From assembly GCA_045863235.1 (NCBI GenBank), contig BTUM01000003.1, forward strand, positions 32,001 through 96,000: 64,000 bases of DNA. The letters are read 5' to 3'. Position numbers and translations under genes: made by a program. The number at the start of each line of letters is the position of its first letter. The first letter of the stretch is position 1. The stretch is from Candidatus Xenobia bacterium. GTDB taxonomy: Bacteria; Vulcanimicrobiota; Xenobia; Xenobiales; QWHO01. The notes below the pieces were generated by a model. The model had not been told where the DNA came from. It saw only the letters and a program-made list of their open reading frames with translations, and made no database searches. This document shows, piece by piece, positions 18,470-27,527 of this stretch.

Positions 18470-20029
18470 TCATCGAGAATGGTCCTGCGACAACGGCTTT
18501 TGTCCCAACACTTCCACGGCCTCCACCGGCAGTCGCTCCCAGCTACGGCGATGGTAGCGCCCGAAGCGCGACAGGCGCGGCGTGGCAGTCTGGGAGGTAA
18601 AGAAGCCTGTGGAGACGGAGCTCGGTTGGGGAGCGACCATGGCCTGGTGGAAATGGTCCATACTTGCACCTGGCAGCGACCCGCTCCGCTTCGGCTCGAA
18701 CCCTGCCTCCCCGATGGCCGCCAGGACCTCGGCCAGCGTGCGCGTGCGGGTGCAGTAGGTGTAGTCGTAGTCGTCCAGGGCCCGGGCCTCCTCCGGAGAC
18801 AAAACCGCATCCTCGCGCACGAAGTCTTTCACGTAGAGAATACCCCCCGGACGCAAGACTCGAAACAGCTCGGCGAACAGCGCGCCCGGAGCGTGCGAAT
18901 ACGAGGCCGATTCCAGCAAGATTGCGGCGTCGAACGAGTCGTCCGCCATCGGCAGAGCATGAAAGTCACCCTCGTGAACCCGCACCCGATCCCCCAGGCC
19001 GCTGGCCGCGATGTGCTCACGCGCGGTGGTGGTCTGAGCCGGGCACAGGGTGACGCCGTCAACGGTCACGTCCAGGCCGCGGGCGATGTCGAGGGCGGGG
19101 CCGCAGACCCCGCAACCGGCATCCAGCACGCGCATGCCGGCGCTCAGCCCGGCCCGCCTGGCGAGCTCGAGGTTCGAGCCCTCCGCGGTTTCTGCCACCA
19201 GCGCGGCCTGGAAGGTCGGGCCCAGGCACGCGAGATAATCTTCGTGCGCTCGCTCGTAGTAAGCACGCACAACCTCCAGGCTGCTGGTGGAGGACTCCTG
19301 CCGGGGCAGGCTGGTCCAGGGGTAGTAGGCCGTCCAGTGAACCTCGCTATTGGCTGGCCGACATTTGAGGTAGCGCGGAGGGCGCGGGCTCAGCGTGTCC
19401 AGCCAGCCTCCTAGCGGCTCCAAATGGGTCGGGTCCTCCACATCGATGGCGAGGCTGGAGGGGTCAGCGAGATCAACCGTGAGGAAGACCAGGGGCCGAC
19501 CACCTGACCGCTCGGTGAGCTCGAGCAGTGTGGCCGCCTTTTCGGCTGATACCAACCGATTCAGAACTGCGGCCAGGCAAGCGCGCGGGAGCTTGCAGAA
19601 AGCGGCCGCCAGGCCCGGCTTGAGCGCGATCCCCCAGCGGCTGTCGGGCGACTCGAGGGCAGGTTGCAGCACCCGCTCGAGGCAAGGCGAAGCCCCACGC
19701 CCGAAGCGTCGCGCGAAGACCCGCAGGGTCGCGATGGGGTAGCGGGAAGCCTGGTCGAGCAGAAAATACTGGGAGGCCTCCGCCACCTGGCCACTGCGGA
19801 AACCGACTTTGGCCCAGACTCCGGGGTTCAAGTGGAATTTCGCCCGCACCAGCTCGTCGGACGCAAGCAGCGGCTTCGGGTCGAGACCCATCCTGGAGAG
19901 GAAGCTCTTCAGCTCTCCCCGATCTGCCAGACGCGTCTGCAACCCCAGACGGGTCGGGTCGTGGCGAGAGAAACTGAGCTCGGCCTCTCGCAACCATGCT
20001 CGGGGAAGCTCTGCCAGTCGGTCGAGCAT
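18470..20029 (-). CDS. Class I SAM-dependent methyltransferase (sterol/tocopherol MT-like) with large unknown N-terminal domain
   Basis: VLDAGCGVCG motif I, GVTL, GDFHALP..DDSFDA, LFRVLRPGG. ATG at 20029 overlaps the upstream TGA (TGATG). Confidence 0.85.
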   Translation of the reverse strand: MLDRLAELPRAWLREAELSFSRHDPTRLGLQTRLADRGELKSFLSRMGLDPKPLLASDELVRAKFHLNPGVWAKVGFRSGQVAEASQYFLLDQASRYPIATLRVFARRFGRGASPCLERVLQPALESPDSRWGIALKPGLAAAFCKLPRACLAAVLNRLVSAEKAATLLELTERSGGRPLVFLTVDLADPSSLAIDVEDPTHLEPLGGWLDTLSPRPPRYLKCRPANSEVHWTAYYPWTSLPRQESSTSSLEVVRAYYERAHEDYLACLGPTFQAALVAETAEGSNLELARRAGLSAGMRVLDAGCGVCGPALDIARGLDVTVDGVTLCPAQTTTAREHIAASGLGDRVRVHEGDFHALPMADDSFDAAILLESASYSHAPGALFAELFRVLRPGGILYVKDFVREDAVLSPEEARALDDYDYTYCTRTRTLAEVLAAIGEAGFEPKRSGSLPGASMDHFHQAMVAPQPSSVSTGFFTSQTATPRLSRFGRYHRRSWERLPVEAVEVLGQKPLSQDHSR

Positions 20030-22587
20030 CACTCGACGCGCCGATAGCACTTGACCCAGTCGACCAACATGTCCGCGGAACCGTCCGTGGGTGGCTGCCA
20101 GTGGCCGTCCCTGATCTCCTTCACCTGGTTGTCCCAGGCTCCGCCAACGGCGACATTGAGGACGAATGCCTGGGCCGACCATTCACGGTTGATGGTTTGC
20201 CAGTCCGGCACTTTGATTTTGCCCTCATTCTTCTGAGCGACGATGGCTTTGAGGGAGTAGGAGTGGATTCTCGTGGCCGGCGTCACCCCGTCAGCCAGGC
20301 TGACCAGGGTTCCCTCGGAATTGACCTCGGCATCGAGATAGATGTCGTAGCGGACGTCGGTCACGGTCTGGCCGTCTCGGACCTCGTACCAGTCCACCGC
20401 GAAGGTATGCGGCTCGGCCCATTGGGCCGGGGTCAGCCTGGTCTTGATCTCCTCGCTGTCGTCAGGTGGCAGGCTGGCATACCAGGGGTTGTTGCGATAG
20501 TCCAGGTAATTGGGGAAGTCTGGTTGCGCGGTCCGGACCATGATTCTCGAGGTAAAATCAGGCCGCACCTCGATCGGGAGAACGGTCTCCATGACGTCGA
20601 TCTCCCCGGTCTTGGGCCAGGGGTTGGCACCGTCCACCACCCCTGCGGTCCAGAGCGCCGGCCAAAGATGCTGTCCGCGTGGAAGCTTGGCTCGATAGAC
20701 GAAGAGCCCGTACTTCTGCCGGAAGTTGGACCTCACTCGTCCGCTTTGAGCGTACCAGGACTTCTTACTGTTGGAGTACCGAGTGCCGGCCACCTTGATG
20801 CGCAAACCCCCGCCCGGAGGGAATACCACGTTTTCCTTGATGTACTCGACGGGCGAGCTGGCGGGGTCCTGGAAGGTTTCCACCACCCAGGCGGACGTGT
20901 CCGTGAAGGTGCTTTCGTAAACACTCTCATACCGGGTCGAGGGAGGGGCGACCGGTGCGGCCAACGCCACCGGCAGGGCCAGTGGCGGGTACAGCCGCCT
21001 CACCGCTTTGGGGATTTTCGCCGGCTTGTCGCCCGGACCTGAGATATTCTCTCCACGCTCTTTCAGAGGTTCTTGCTCCCACCAGAACCCCGAGGGCGTG
21101 CGGGGGGACGGATGGACGTTTCGCCCCATGAAGACGGCGTCAATGTGCTCGGTGTCGCGTACCCCGACGACGCCGAATCCGAACCAGGGATAGGGCTTGA
21201 CATCTTTGAGATCGGTCGGATCGGGCTGCGAGCCTCCGCTTCCGCACACGAGTTGGGAAACTGTCCCCCCCCCAGGCGGCTGCTTGGTGGACATCAGGTG
21301 AGCGTGCGCAGAGAAATAGCCGCGCACCTTGGTGTTGGGACCCGCATTCAGAATCTGAAAGAAAGTCTGCGCCTGCGCGGGGTTGATCCCGAATTCCGAG
21401 TAAATCGCCTGGATGGGCCGGTGACCAAAAACGAAAATATGCCGGACGGTCTCATCCTGCTGGGCCCGCGCCAACTCTCTCCGAACCCACCCCAAAGGGA
21501 TGAAGCCCACATTCTGGGCGCCCTCCCCGACATAGGTATCGGTGTTCAACACCATGAAGAAATATTCGCCAAAGTCTGATATCTGGCCGTCAGCGGAGGC
21601 CCGGAAGGTATAGGAGAGCCTGCTTTCGTCGCGCTGAATGTTGTCCTCGCCCTTCCGCGGTCCGTTCCCTCCCACGATATAGGAAGCCATCTGGGATACG
21701 AAGACCGCGCCGCTGCCTTGATTGGGCAATTCCTGCTTGTTGGACCTGGTCCGATAGCACATCTCGTGATTTCCCGGCAGGACGACCACCGTGATGTCCG
21801 GAGGGAAAAGAGAGCCCTCCGGCGGGGGCGTCACGTTGGCCTGCTGTCCATCCCGGGCGATGATCACGGGACCGTTGGCGCGAATCTTCTTCCAATGCCT
21901 CAGTTCGAAGTCGAGGATGCCCGGAGCGTCATTTTTTACATCAGTCTTGGGTTTCTCAACCACGTCGCCGAGCAAGAAGATGAACTTGGGCCTCGGGTTG
22001 AGCGATCTGATGTCCTGGAAGTGCTGCCTGAGCTGGGCCACATTGGCCGTTGAATTTTTCTCGGCCGCGTTGAGCTGGTCTCGGAATTCAGGCCTGTCGT
22101 CGAACGTGCCCGCCTCCGAGGCACGATTGCAGCCAAAGAAGGCGAAGGAGAATTTGATATCGGGTCCCACGACGGGATTGTCTCTGGCTTGCGCCGCGGC
22201 CTTCGGGAGCAGGACCAGGGACGGGTTCTGGATACCGTTCCGAAAATCGTCCTCCTGCAAATTCTTGGCCGACTCGACAAAGGATGCGATGACCTGGCCG
22301 GTGTCATCGAGATACTCCAGCGCGAGCGTGCTGACGTCGGGCGCGACCTGGACCGTCACCGTGTGGCTGGCAGGCAGCGTCGTCGACGAGACGTGCTCAC
22401 CTTCGACATCCGCCGCGGTCACGCGCAGTTGGGTGGCGCCCTCCGGAACGTCGCCCCGGATCTCGACGGGATAGGACCCGTCCACGACGACCGGAGCCGC
22501 GCCCGTCGCCCCCCCCTGGGCGCCGCAGCCGAACAGACTGAGCGCCAGGCACAGGAGGAGCACGGCTCGTTTGTACAGGTTGATCAC
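20029..22587 (-). CDS. Lipoprotein: calcineurin-like metallophosphoesterase fused to GH16 (laminarinase-type) domain
   Basis: Lipobox LFGC. Phosphoesterase motifs LGDVV, GNHE, FGHRP, SAHAH. GH16 motifs QSGRV, KYGLF, WPALW, GEIDVME, LNVAVGG, MLVDWV. Confidence 0.85.
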   Translation of the reverse strand: MINLYKRAVLLLCLALSLFGCGAQGGATGAAPVVVDGSYPVEIRGDVPEGATQLRVTAADVEGEHVSSTTLPASHTVTVQVAPDVSTLALEYLDDTGQVIASFVESAKNLQEDDFRNGIQNPSLVLLPKAAAQARDNPVVGPDIKFSFAFFGCNRASEAGTFDDRPEFRDQLNAAEKNSTANVAQLRQHFQDIRSLNPRPKFIFLLGDVVEKPKTDVKNDAPGILDFELRHWKKIRANGPVIIARDGQQANVTPPPEGSLFPPDITVVVLPGNHEMCYRTRSNKQELPNQGSGAVFVSQMASYIVGGNGPRKGEDNIQRDESRLSYTFRASADGQISDFGEYFFMVLNTDTYVGEGAQNVGFIPLGWVRRELARAQQDETVRHIFVFGHRPIQAIYSEFGINPAQAQTFFQILNAGPNTKVRGYFSAHAHLMSTKQPPGGGTVSQLVCGSGGSQPDPTDLKDVKPYPWFGFGVVGVRDTEHIDAVFMGRNVHPSPRTPSGFWWEQEPLKERGENISGPGDKPAKIPKAVRRLYPPLALPVALAAPVAPPSTRYESVYESTFTDTSAWVVETFQDPASSPVEYIKENVVFPPGGGLRIKVAGTRYSNSKKSWYAQSGRVRSNFRQKYGLFVYRAKLPRGQHLWPALWTAGVVDGANPWPKTGEIDVMETVLPIEVRPDFTSRIMVRTAQPDFPNYLDYRNNPWYASLPPDDSEEIKTRLTPAQWAEPHTFAVDWYEVRDGQTVTDVRYDIYLDAEVNSEGTLVSLADGVTPATRIHSYSLKAIVAQKNEGKIKVPDWQTINREWSAQAFVLNVAVGGAWDNQVKEIRDGHWQPPTDGSADMLVDWVKCYRRVE

Positions 22588-22629
22588 GCGAGACCGACTT
22601 TCAGGAGACCGGGTTCCCCCCCCGTCATT

Positions 22630-25440
22630 TTACGGACTGAATGGCAATTGTAGCACAGAACCCGAGCCCAGTTCTACGACCGTGGGGTCGGCACCCAGCG
22701 CGGACCAGAGCTCGAGCCGAACTTTGCCGTTCTGGAAGTCGGCCCAGGAGCCATTGGCGTAAGCCAGGCCCTGGGTATCGCGATAGGTCTCCCAACCGAC
22801 GCGATCGTCGTTGGGGAAATAGCGCCACATCTCCACCCGGTCCCAGGTCCCGTCGCCGATGAAGTCATAGGAAATGCGTGCCTGGACGGCGGTAGCGATC
22901 TTCTGACCGGCGTCCACCCGAAGTTGGAAGTGTGTCGTCTGCCCATTGTATCGACCCGAAAGAGACTCGCTGAGAATCACCGCTTGCTGGTAAGGCTGGC
23001 CGTCCCGGTTCTGGCCTGCGGCCGGCAAGCTCAAGACCGACTGAGCGGGAGCCGTGGCCTGCAAGCCCTGGCCCACGAACAGATTGAAGGTCGAGGACGG
23101 AGTCGGGGTGGGGGTTGGGGTTGGGGTTGGGGTTGGCGTTGGGGTTGGGGTTGGCGCTGTGTCGGAGGACGTTTTGAAAGCGACCGAGCCGGCTGCGGCC
23201 ACCAGACTGACCCCGTCGGTGAAGTGGACCGTGATGGGTTGCGCGCCAGCGTTGTAAGCCATATAGCTCCGCTGCGTGCCCTTGACCAGAACGGCATAAC
23301 AGGGAGTGTCAGCCAGGACTCGTGGGTCCTGACCTCCCCAGGACGCCAGGTTGGCCAGCCAGTGGTAGGTGTGGGCAGCCGTCTCGCCCCCTTCGGGAGC
23401 AGGATTTGCGGCCAGATAGCGGTCCAGGCTCTTCTGTCCGTCGGCGAAAACCAGCGCCGACCAGAGGATATCCTGCCACACCGTCGCTGGCCCCTTGTTC
23501 TGCTGCACCATGTGGTCGTAGTTTCTCTTCATCACGCCCGGACGGCGGCCAAGATACAGCGAGCCACCGTTGAGAGGAAGGAAGTTGATGCCGTGAATCT
23601 CCTCCGGGTTGCCCGTCCACCAGGTGGCGTAGGCTCCTCCGGAGCCCCAGAGGATTCCCAAAACCGGGTGGGGGAAGTCGTCCGGAAAGACCTCCTGGTC
23701 GGCGTCAAACCAGTACTGCGCGATGGCTTCCGCCTCGGTGGTATAGAGGTAGATTCCGAGATCCCGCAGGGTCGGACGATTCATTTCGTTGCCCCAGAGG
23801 ATGACGGAAGTTGCAAACTGCATGGCTTCCGAGGACGATTCCTGATTGTTACCGGCCGCAAAGACCTGGGCCCCGGAGGCCCAACTGTGTCCGGCGTAAG
23901 GGTCGAAGTTTCGCAGGAAAGGGTAGCGGAGATTGGCTCGGTCCCCATTCCCGGCGGCGCTGATCAGCTCTTCCACATTCTCCTGATTGCGCGTGGCCCA
24001 GGCTTTGTCGTAGCGAGCCAGGGTAGCGGCCGCCATGATGTAGTAGCCAAAATGAAAGTGGTGGTCGTTGAGCTGCGTATCCGAGCCAAAACCCGGCGGT
24101 TGAGCCAGCAACGTGGTCCACTGGGAGTTGTAGAAGAACGCATTGGGGAGACGTCCGTCAAAGAAGTCGTCGAGTCGCTCGCGAATGCGCTGAAGGAACA
24201 GATCGCGAGCGGCGGGATGCTGCACCTGATCGGCAATGGGAACCAGCGCCGCCAGACGCGTCAGGTCTTTCCCGGCAAAATAGACGTCCTTATTGGGTAA
24301 CGGACCGCGCAGTTGCTCCTGGTATATGCGCTCCACCAGCGCGCGCAGCCTCGGGCCGTCAACCTTTCCCGTATCGGGCAGGTTGGGCAAGACCCCCGTG
24401 TACGGCATGTTGGTCGCAAACGAGCGAGCACATACCACCCTCATCTCCCCGCGGGGAGACTGATAGGTGTCGCCGGTGAAAGGACCCGGGCTGCGCCGCC
24501 ACTGATGCCGATAGAGGGCCATGATCGGCTTGCCGGCGGGTCCTTCCTTGACCTGGGTGTCGAGGGTGAAGGTGGTCCGGACCCTGTTGCCGGTCACGGT
24601 CCAGGCAACTCGGCTGCCGGTGACAAACGTAAAGGCGCTCAGACGGAAGCGCTCCAAGGTGGCCACACTGCTGTCAGGCAACAGGGCCACTGACAGGTAT
24701 TGCTTCCCGCTCAGGTTATTGGTGTAGACATTGCTGCCAAGTGTCCATCGTGTCCCGCTGGGAGCAAACAAGCCGTAGGAGTGGCCGTTCACCGTCAGGC
24801 CCAGGGTCCCGTTCTGGTCATAGAATACCTGGGTAGCGCCCGTGGTGTGGACCCGAGCGGTCGCTCCGGAGAGCTTGAAGTAAGCGAAAGGCAAGCCGTG
24901 GCCAATCGTGGCCTGCAGCGTCGGTCCCCAATCGGCGGTGACGGTCCAGTCCGAGTGGCCCGCCACCTTGACGTTCGGGGCTGTCAGGCCGAGCGAGCCC
25001 ACCCGCAGCTCTTCGCGGAACGGATGGAAGTAGTTCACTCCATCGGAGGTGACCTGCGCCTGCGAAGGGTAACTGAGTGCCAGTCCGTCAGAGAAGGCTT
25101 TGAAAGCCAGGGGATGGGCGTAGAGGTATTCTCCGAACTGGTTGCCCGGATAATAGGGCCACAGCAGCGAGGTCCACCAATCATTGGTGGGGATCGGTCC
25201 CTGAAAACCGGGGGTGACCCTCGGGGCCACCGGGTTGCCATTGAAGTCGACGGGACCAGTCGTGTTGGGTGGCGCATCGACGAACCTCGCCATCAAGTCG
25301 TTCTTGGCGCCAGGTTGGGGAGCTCCCCCCGGATTGACATCGGCGGTGGCGGGGTTGCCATCAGGCTCTGCGCCCTGGAAATCCTGTCCGGCGCACCCCA
25401 TCAGAAATAACAGCCCAACGAGTACTAGTAGCTTCATCAA
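22630..25440 (-). CDS. GH81 endo-beta-1,3-glucanase lipoprotein with PT linker and C-terminal beta domain
   Basis: Lipobox LMGC; PIPTNDWW, LNDHHFHFGY, FDPYAGHSWASG, NQESSSEA, HGINFLP; (PT)n linker. TTG start. Confidence 0.9.
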   Translation of the reverse strand: MMKLLVLVGLLFLMGCAGQDFQGAEPDGNPATADVNPGGAPQPGAKNDLMARFVDAPPNTTGPVDFNGNPVAPRVTPGFQGPIPTNDWWTSLLWPYYPGNQFGEYLYAHPLAFKAFSDGLALSYPSQAQVTSDGVNYFHPFREELRVGSLGLTAPNVKVAGHSDWTVTADWGPTLQATIGHGLPFAYFKLSGATARVHTTGATQVFYDQNGTLGLTVNGHSYGLFAPSGTRWTLGSNVYTNNLSGKQYLSVALLPDSSVATLERFRLSAFTFVTGSRVAWTVTGNRVRTTFTLDTQVKEGPAGKPIMALYRHQWRRSPGPFTGDTYQSPRGEMRVVCARSFATNMPYTGVLPNLPDTGKVDGPRLRALVERIYQEQLRGPLPNKDVYFAGKDLTRLAALVPIADQVQHPAARDLFLQRIRERLDDFFDGRLPNAFFYNSQWTTLLAQPPGFGSDTQLNDHHFHFGYYIMAAATLARYDKAWATRNQENVEELISAAGNGDRANLRYPFLRNFDPYAGHSWASGAQVFAAGNNQESSSEAMQFATSVILWGNEMNRPTLRDLGIYLYTTEAEAIAQYWFDADQEVFPDDFPHPVLGILWGSGGAYATWWTGNPEEIHGINFLPLNGGSLYLGRRPGVMKRNYDHMVQQNKGPATVWQDILWSALVFADGQKSLDRYLAANPAPEGGETAAHTYHWLANLASWGGQDPRVLADTPCYAVLVKGTQRSYMAYNAGAQPITVHFTDGVSLVAAAGSVAFKTSSDTAPTPTPTPTPTPTPTPTPTPSSTFNLFVGQGLQATAPAQSVLSLPAAGQNRDGQPYQQAVILSESLSGRYNGQTTHFQLRVDAGQKIATAVQARISYDFIGDGTWDRVEMWRYFPNDDRVGWETYRDTQGLAYANGSWADFQNGKVRLELWSALGADPTVVELGSGSVLQLPFSP
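23095..23157 (-). repeat. Hexamer tandem repeat encoding Pro-Thr linker
   Basis: (GGGGTT)n on the plus strand, encoding APTPTPTPTPTPTPTPTP inside the GH81 gene. Confidence 0.9.
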
Positions 25441-25624
25441 AGGCTCGTCCTCTTCTCTCTGTATTCAGAGGACAGGAACCCGCTCGATTCTCCTGACCAT
25501 GTTGGCGAGACTGGACTCGAGGCAGAATTGGTTCCGTGGACCTGGAAAAATTGCTGTCACACGAATCTAACTAGCCACGGCTGGTTTTCAACCCGACCGG
25601 CTCCAAGTCCTGTGGAAAGAAGCT

Positions 25625-25659
25625 GCAAAACCTCGCGCGCGCTGGGCCAGATCGACGCC
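25625..25659 (+). repeat. 35-bp exact copy of 27050-27084
   Basis: GCAAAACCTCGCGCGCGCTGGGCCAGATCGACGCC occurs identically inside the 26206-27471 gene. Confidence 0.92.
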
Positions 25660-25771
25660 CACGCATTCGCCCGCCGCCGACTGGCCGCCGGCATGGCCAG
25701 CGCCGGAGCGAGGCTGTTTGGCAGCTTCCAGGAGGCCCTGGGTCAGTTGAGGTAAACCTGACCTCGTCGGG
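25659..25771 (+). repeat. Right copy of ~113-bp direct repeat (CoA-transferase 3' end)
   Basis: Encodes [31 protein letters not shown], versus [31 protein letters not shown] at 13434-13530. Confidence 0.9.
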
Positions 25772-25804
25772 AACGAGCCCGGCACGAATCAACGCTCGGG
25801 AAGC

Positions 25805-26060
25805 TTAACGCTGGAGAAGCGTCCAGTAGTTCTTTGTGCGGGTGCTCAACACGCTGAGATCCGGCATTCCATCCTCGTTGAGAATCCTCGAAAGCGATAG
25901 GGCCGACCGGAAACTCGGCCGTGTAGAGGTGTTGGCCGGCTGTGAAAGCGCCCGTGCCATCACCTCGGAGCACGGTGATCCCGTGATCCCGTACTGGCCC
26001 AACAACAAGAGGTCCTCTTTACCGTCGTGGTTGACGTCAGCCTGTGACGAGTCCAGGACC
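25805..26060 (-). pseudogene. Frameshifted FG-GAP/VCBS-repeat protein remnant
   Basis: Segments ADVNHDGKEDLLLL, LRGDGTGAF and LNEDGMPDLSVL are not all in one minus-strand frame. Confidence 0.65.
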
Positions 26061-26205
26061 AGACTCTCATCACATGGGAAGCTTTCAGGTGCGTTGCCTG
26101 GTGACTACTCCCGACGGACGCAAAGCCGAGCGAGAGCAGAACTATCCGCCCACGCAAGAGCTCTGAGCCGCAGGTCGACCGGCAGCCCAACCCGAAACAA
26201 ACCGG

Positions 26206-27471
26206 GTGATCCAACCCGATCGACGACATCTCGACGAGATGGCCCGAGTCTTCCCGCACGGCCTGCCATCGCCCGACCGGGCGGTCACTCCCGACGGAGC
26301 GCACACCGCCCACGTCGACGGTCCGAGGGTCTTCCTGGACGGGACCGAGATTTATGACGGCACGCGCGACGTTGATCCGGAGCGCGGCTTCTTCCCCTGC
26401 CCTAAAGTGGTGCCGGCCGTGGCCATCGCCAGCTCGGGCAAGGCGGTGTTGTTCCAGATACCCACTCCCATGGTGGTCGGGGGGGTGCCCATCAGCCTGG
26501 TGATGCGGGCCGAGTTGCAGCGGGGCTGGTTCGGCGGGCAGAAGGTCGAGGTATCGCCCATGGTCGAGCTCCCGGCCCAGGCTCAGGCGATGCAACTGCG
26601 CTCGGACGGCACCTTTGCTTATGCCCAGGGCGGCCAGATCTTCGAGAACCCTTCGGGCCAGGCCAGCGACTGGCAGGAGCGGGCCAGTTTTGGTCAGGAA
26701 GCGGTGCTGGGGTTCGACTACCTCCACGACGGCTCGCTGGCGGTCTGCACGGCAGCCGAGAACCGCGAGCTGCCGCGCTACTGGTTCGTTCCCGATGGGC
26801 AGACCCGGGGAGTGGAGGTGCCCCTGGAGCAGTTCGCCCCTCAGGGTCGTGAGCATTTCGACTGGCTGCGGCTGCGCTGGACCGGGATCGCTTTCGAGCA
26901 GATGGGGCAGTTCAAGCAACAAAATCCGGCTCTGTTCGATTCCGAAGGGATCCTTCGCCCCCACGCCGCCACCATCTCCCCCTCCGGCCGTCAGGCCCTG
27001 ATGGTCACCCTGGGCCAGGCGGGCCAGGCGCTCTTGTACGATGGCGCCAGCAAAACCTCGCGCGCGCTGGGCCAGATCGACGCCAATAAACTGGACCGGG
27101 CCTTCTGGGATGTCGACCGGCACCGGGCAGCCGTGCTGGTGGGAGAGGACCTGCACGTCTTCGATCTGGCCGGCCAGGACAGCATCGTGTTGCCCGGGCT
27201 GAGAGACGTCGGTTACGACAAGCGCGACGGTTCTTTGACCTTCCTGGCCCCGGGCCAGAGCGAGCCCATTCGGGTGGGAATTCACCAGGCCCACACGCAG
27301 CGCGAGGCGTCCTGGTGGAAGCCGGCCCACGACCAGTACCGCGAGCGACTGCAGGCGCACGTGCTGGGAGCGCAGCCCGAGAAAGCCGCCACCGGAATTC
27401 AAGAACAGGCGAGCAGCGTCTCTTTCGGGGGCACTCGCCTCAAACGGCGCGCCGCCTCCCCGGCAGGGTAG
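26206..27471 (+). CDS. Hypothetical protein (beta-propeller-like) with C-terminal GG-x-R motif
   Basis: 421 aa with typical codon usage; propeller-like segments (TISPSGRQAL, VGYDKRDGSLTF); ends GIQEQASSVSFGGTRLKRRAASPAG. Confidence 0.7.
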   Translation: MIQPDRRHLDEMARVFPHGLPSPDRAVTPDGAHTAHVDGPRVFLDGTEIYDGTRDVDPERGFFPCPKVVPAVAIASSGKAVLFQIPTPMVVGGVPISLVMRAELQRGWFGGQKVEVSPMVELPAQAQAMQLRSDGTFAYAQGGQIFENPSGQASDWQERASFGQEAVLGFDYLHDGSLAVCTAAENRELPRYWFVPDGQTRGVEVPLEQFAPQGREHFDWLRLRWTGIAFEQMGQFKQQNPALFDSEGILRPHAATISPSGRQALMVTLGQAGQALLYDGASKTSRALGQIDANKLDRAFWDVDRHRAAVLVGEDLHVFDLAGQDSIVLPGLRDVGYDKRDGSLTFLAPGQSEPIRVGIHQAHTQREASWWKPAHDQYRERLQAHVLGAQPEKAATGIQEQASSVSFGGTRLKRRAASPAG

Positions 27472-27527
27472 GACCAGAGGCCCGCTCCCCGAAGGGGCCC
27501 AGACAACTCTCGAGGAGGACCTGGCCC

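Noticed and set aside
18262..18600. Diversity-generating retroelement TR/VR pair
   Set aside because: Differences are not confined to adenines, they include indels and a stop, and no reverse transcriptase is present in the window.
23095..23157. Telomere-like or contingency microsatellite (GGGGTT)n
   Set aside because: It encodes an ordinary Pro-Thr linker between glycoside hydrolase domains, and the unit length preserves frame.
13547..25658. Prophage or ICE
   Set aside because: No integrase, relaxase, transposase or phage structural gene was recognised inside or beside the repeat-bounded segment.
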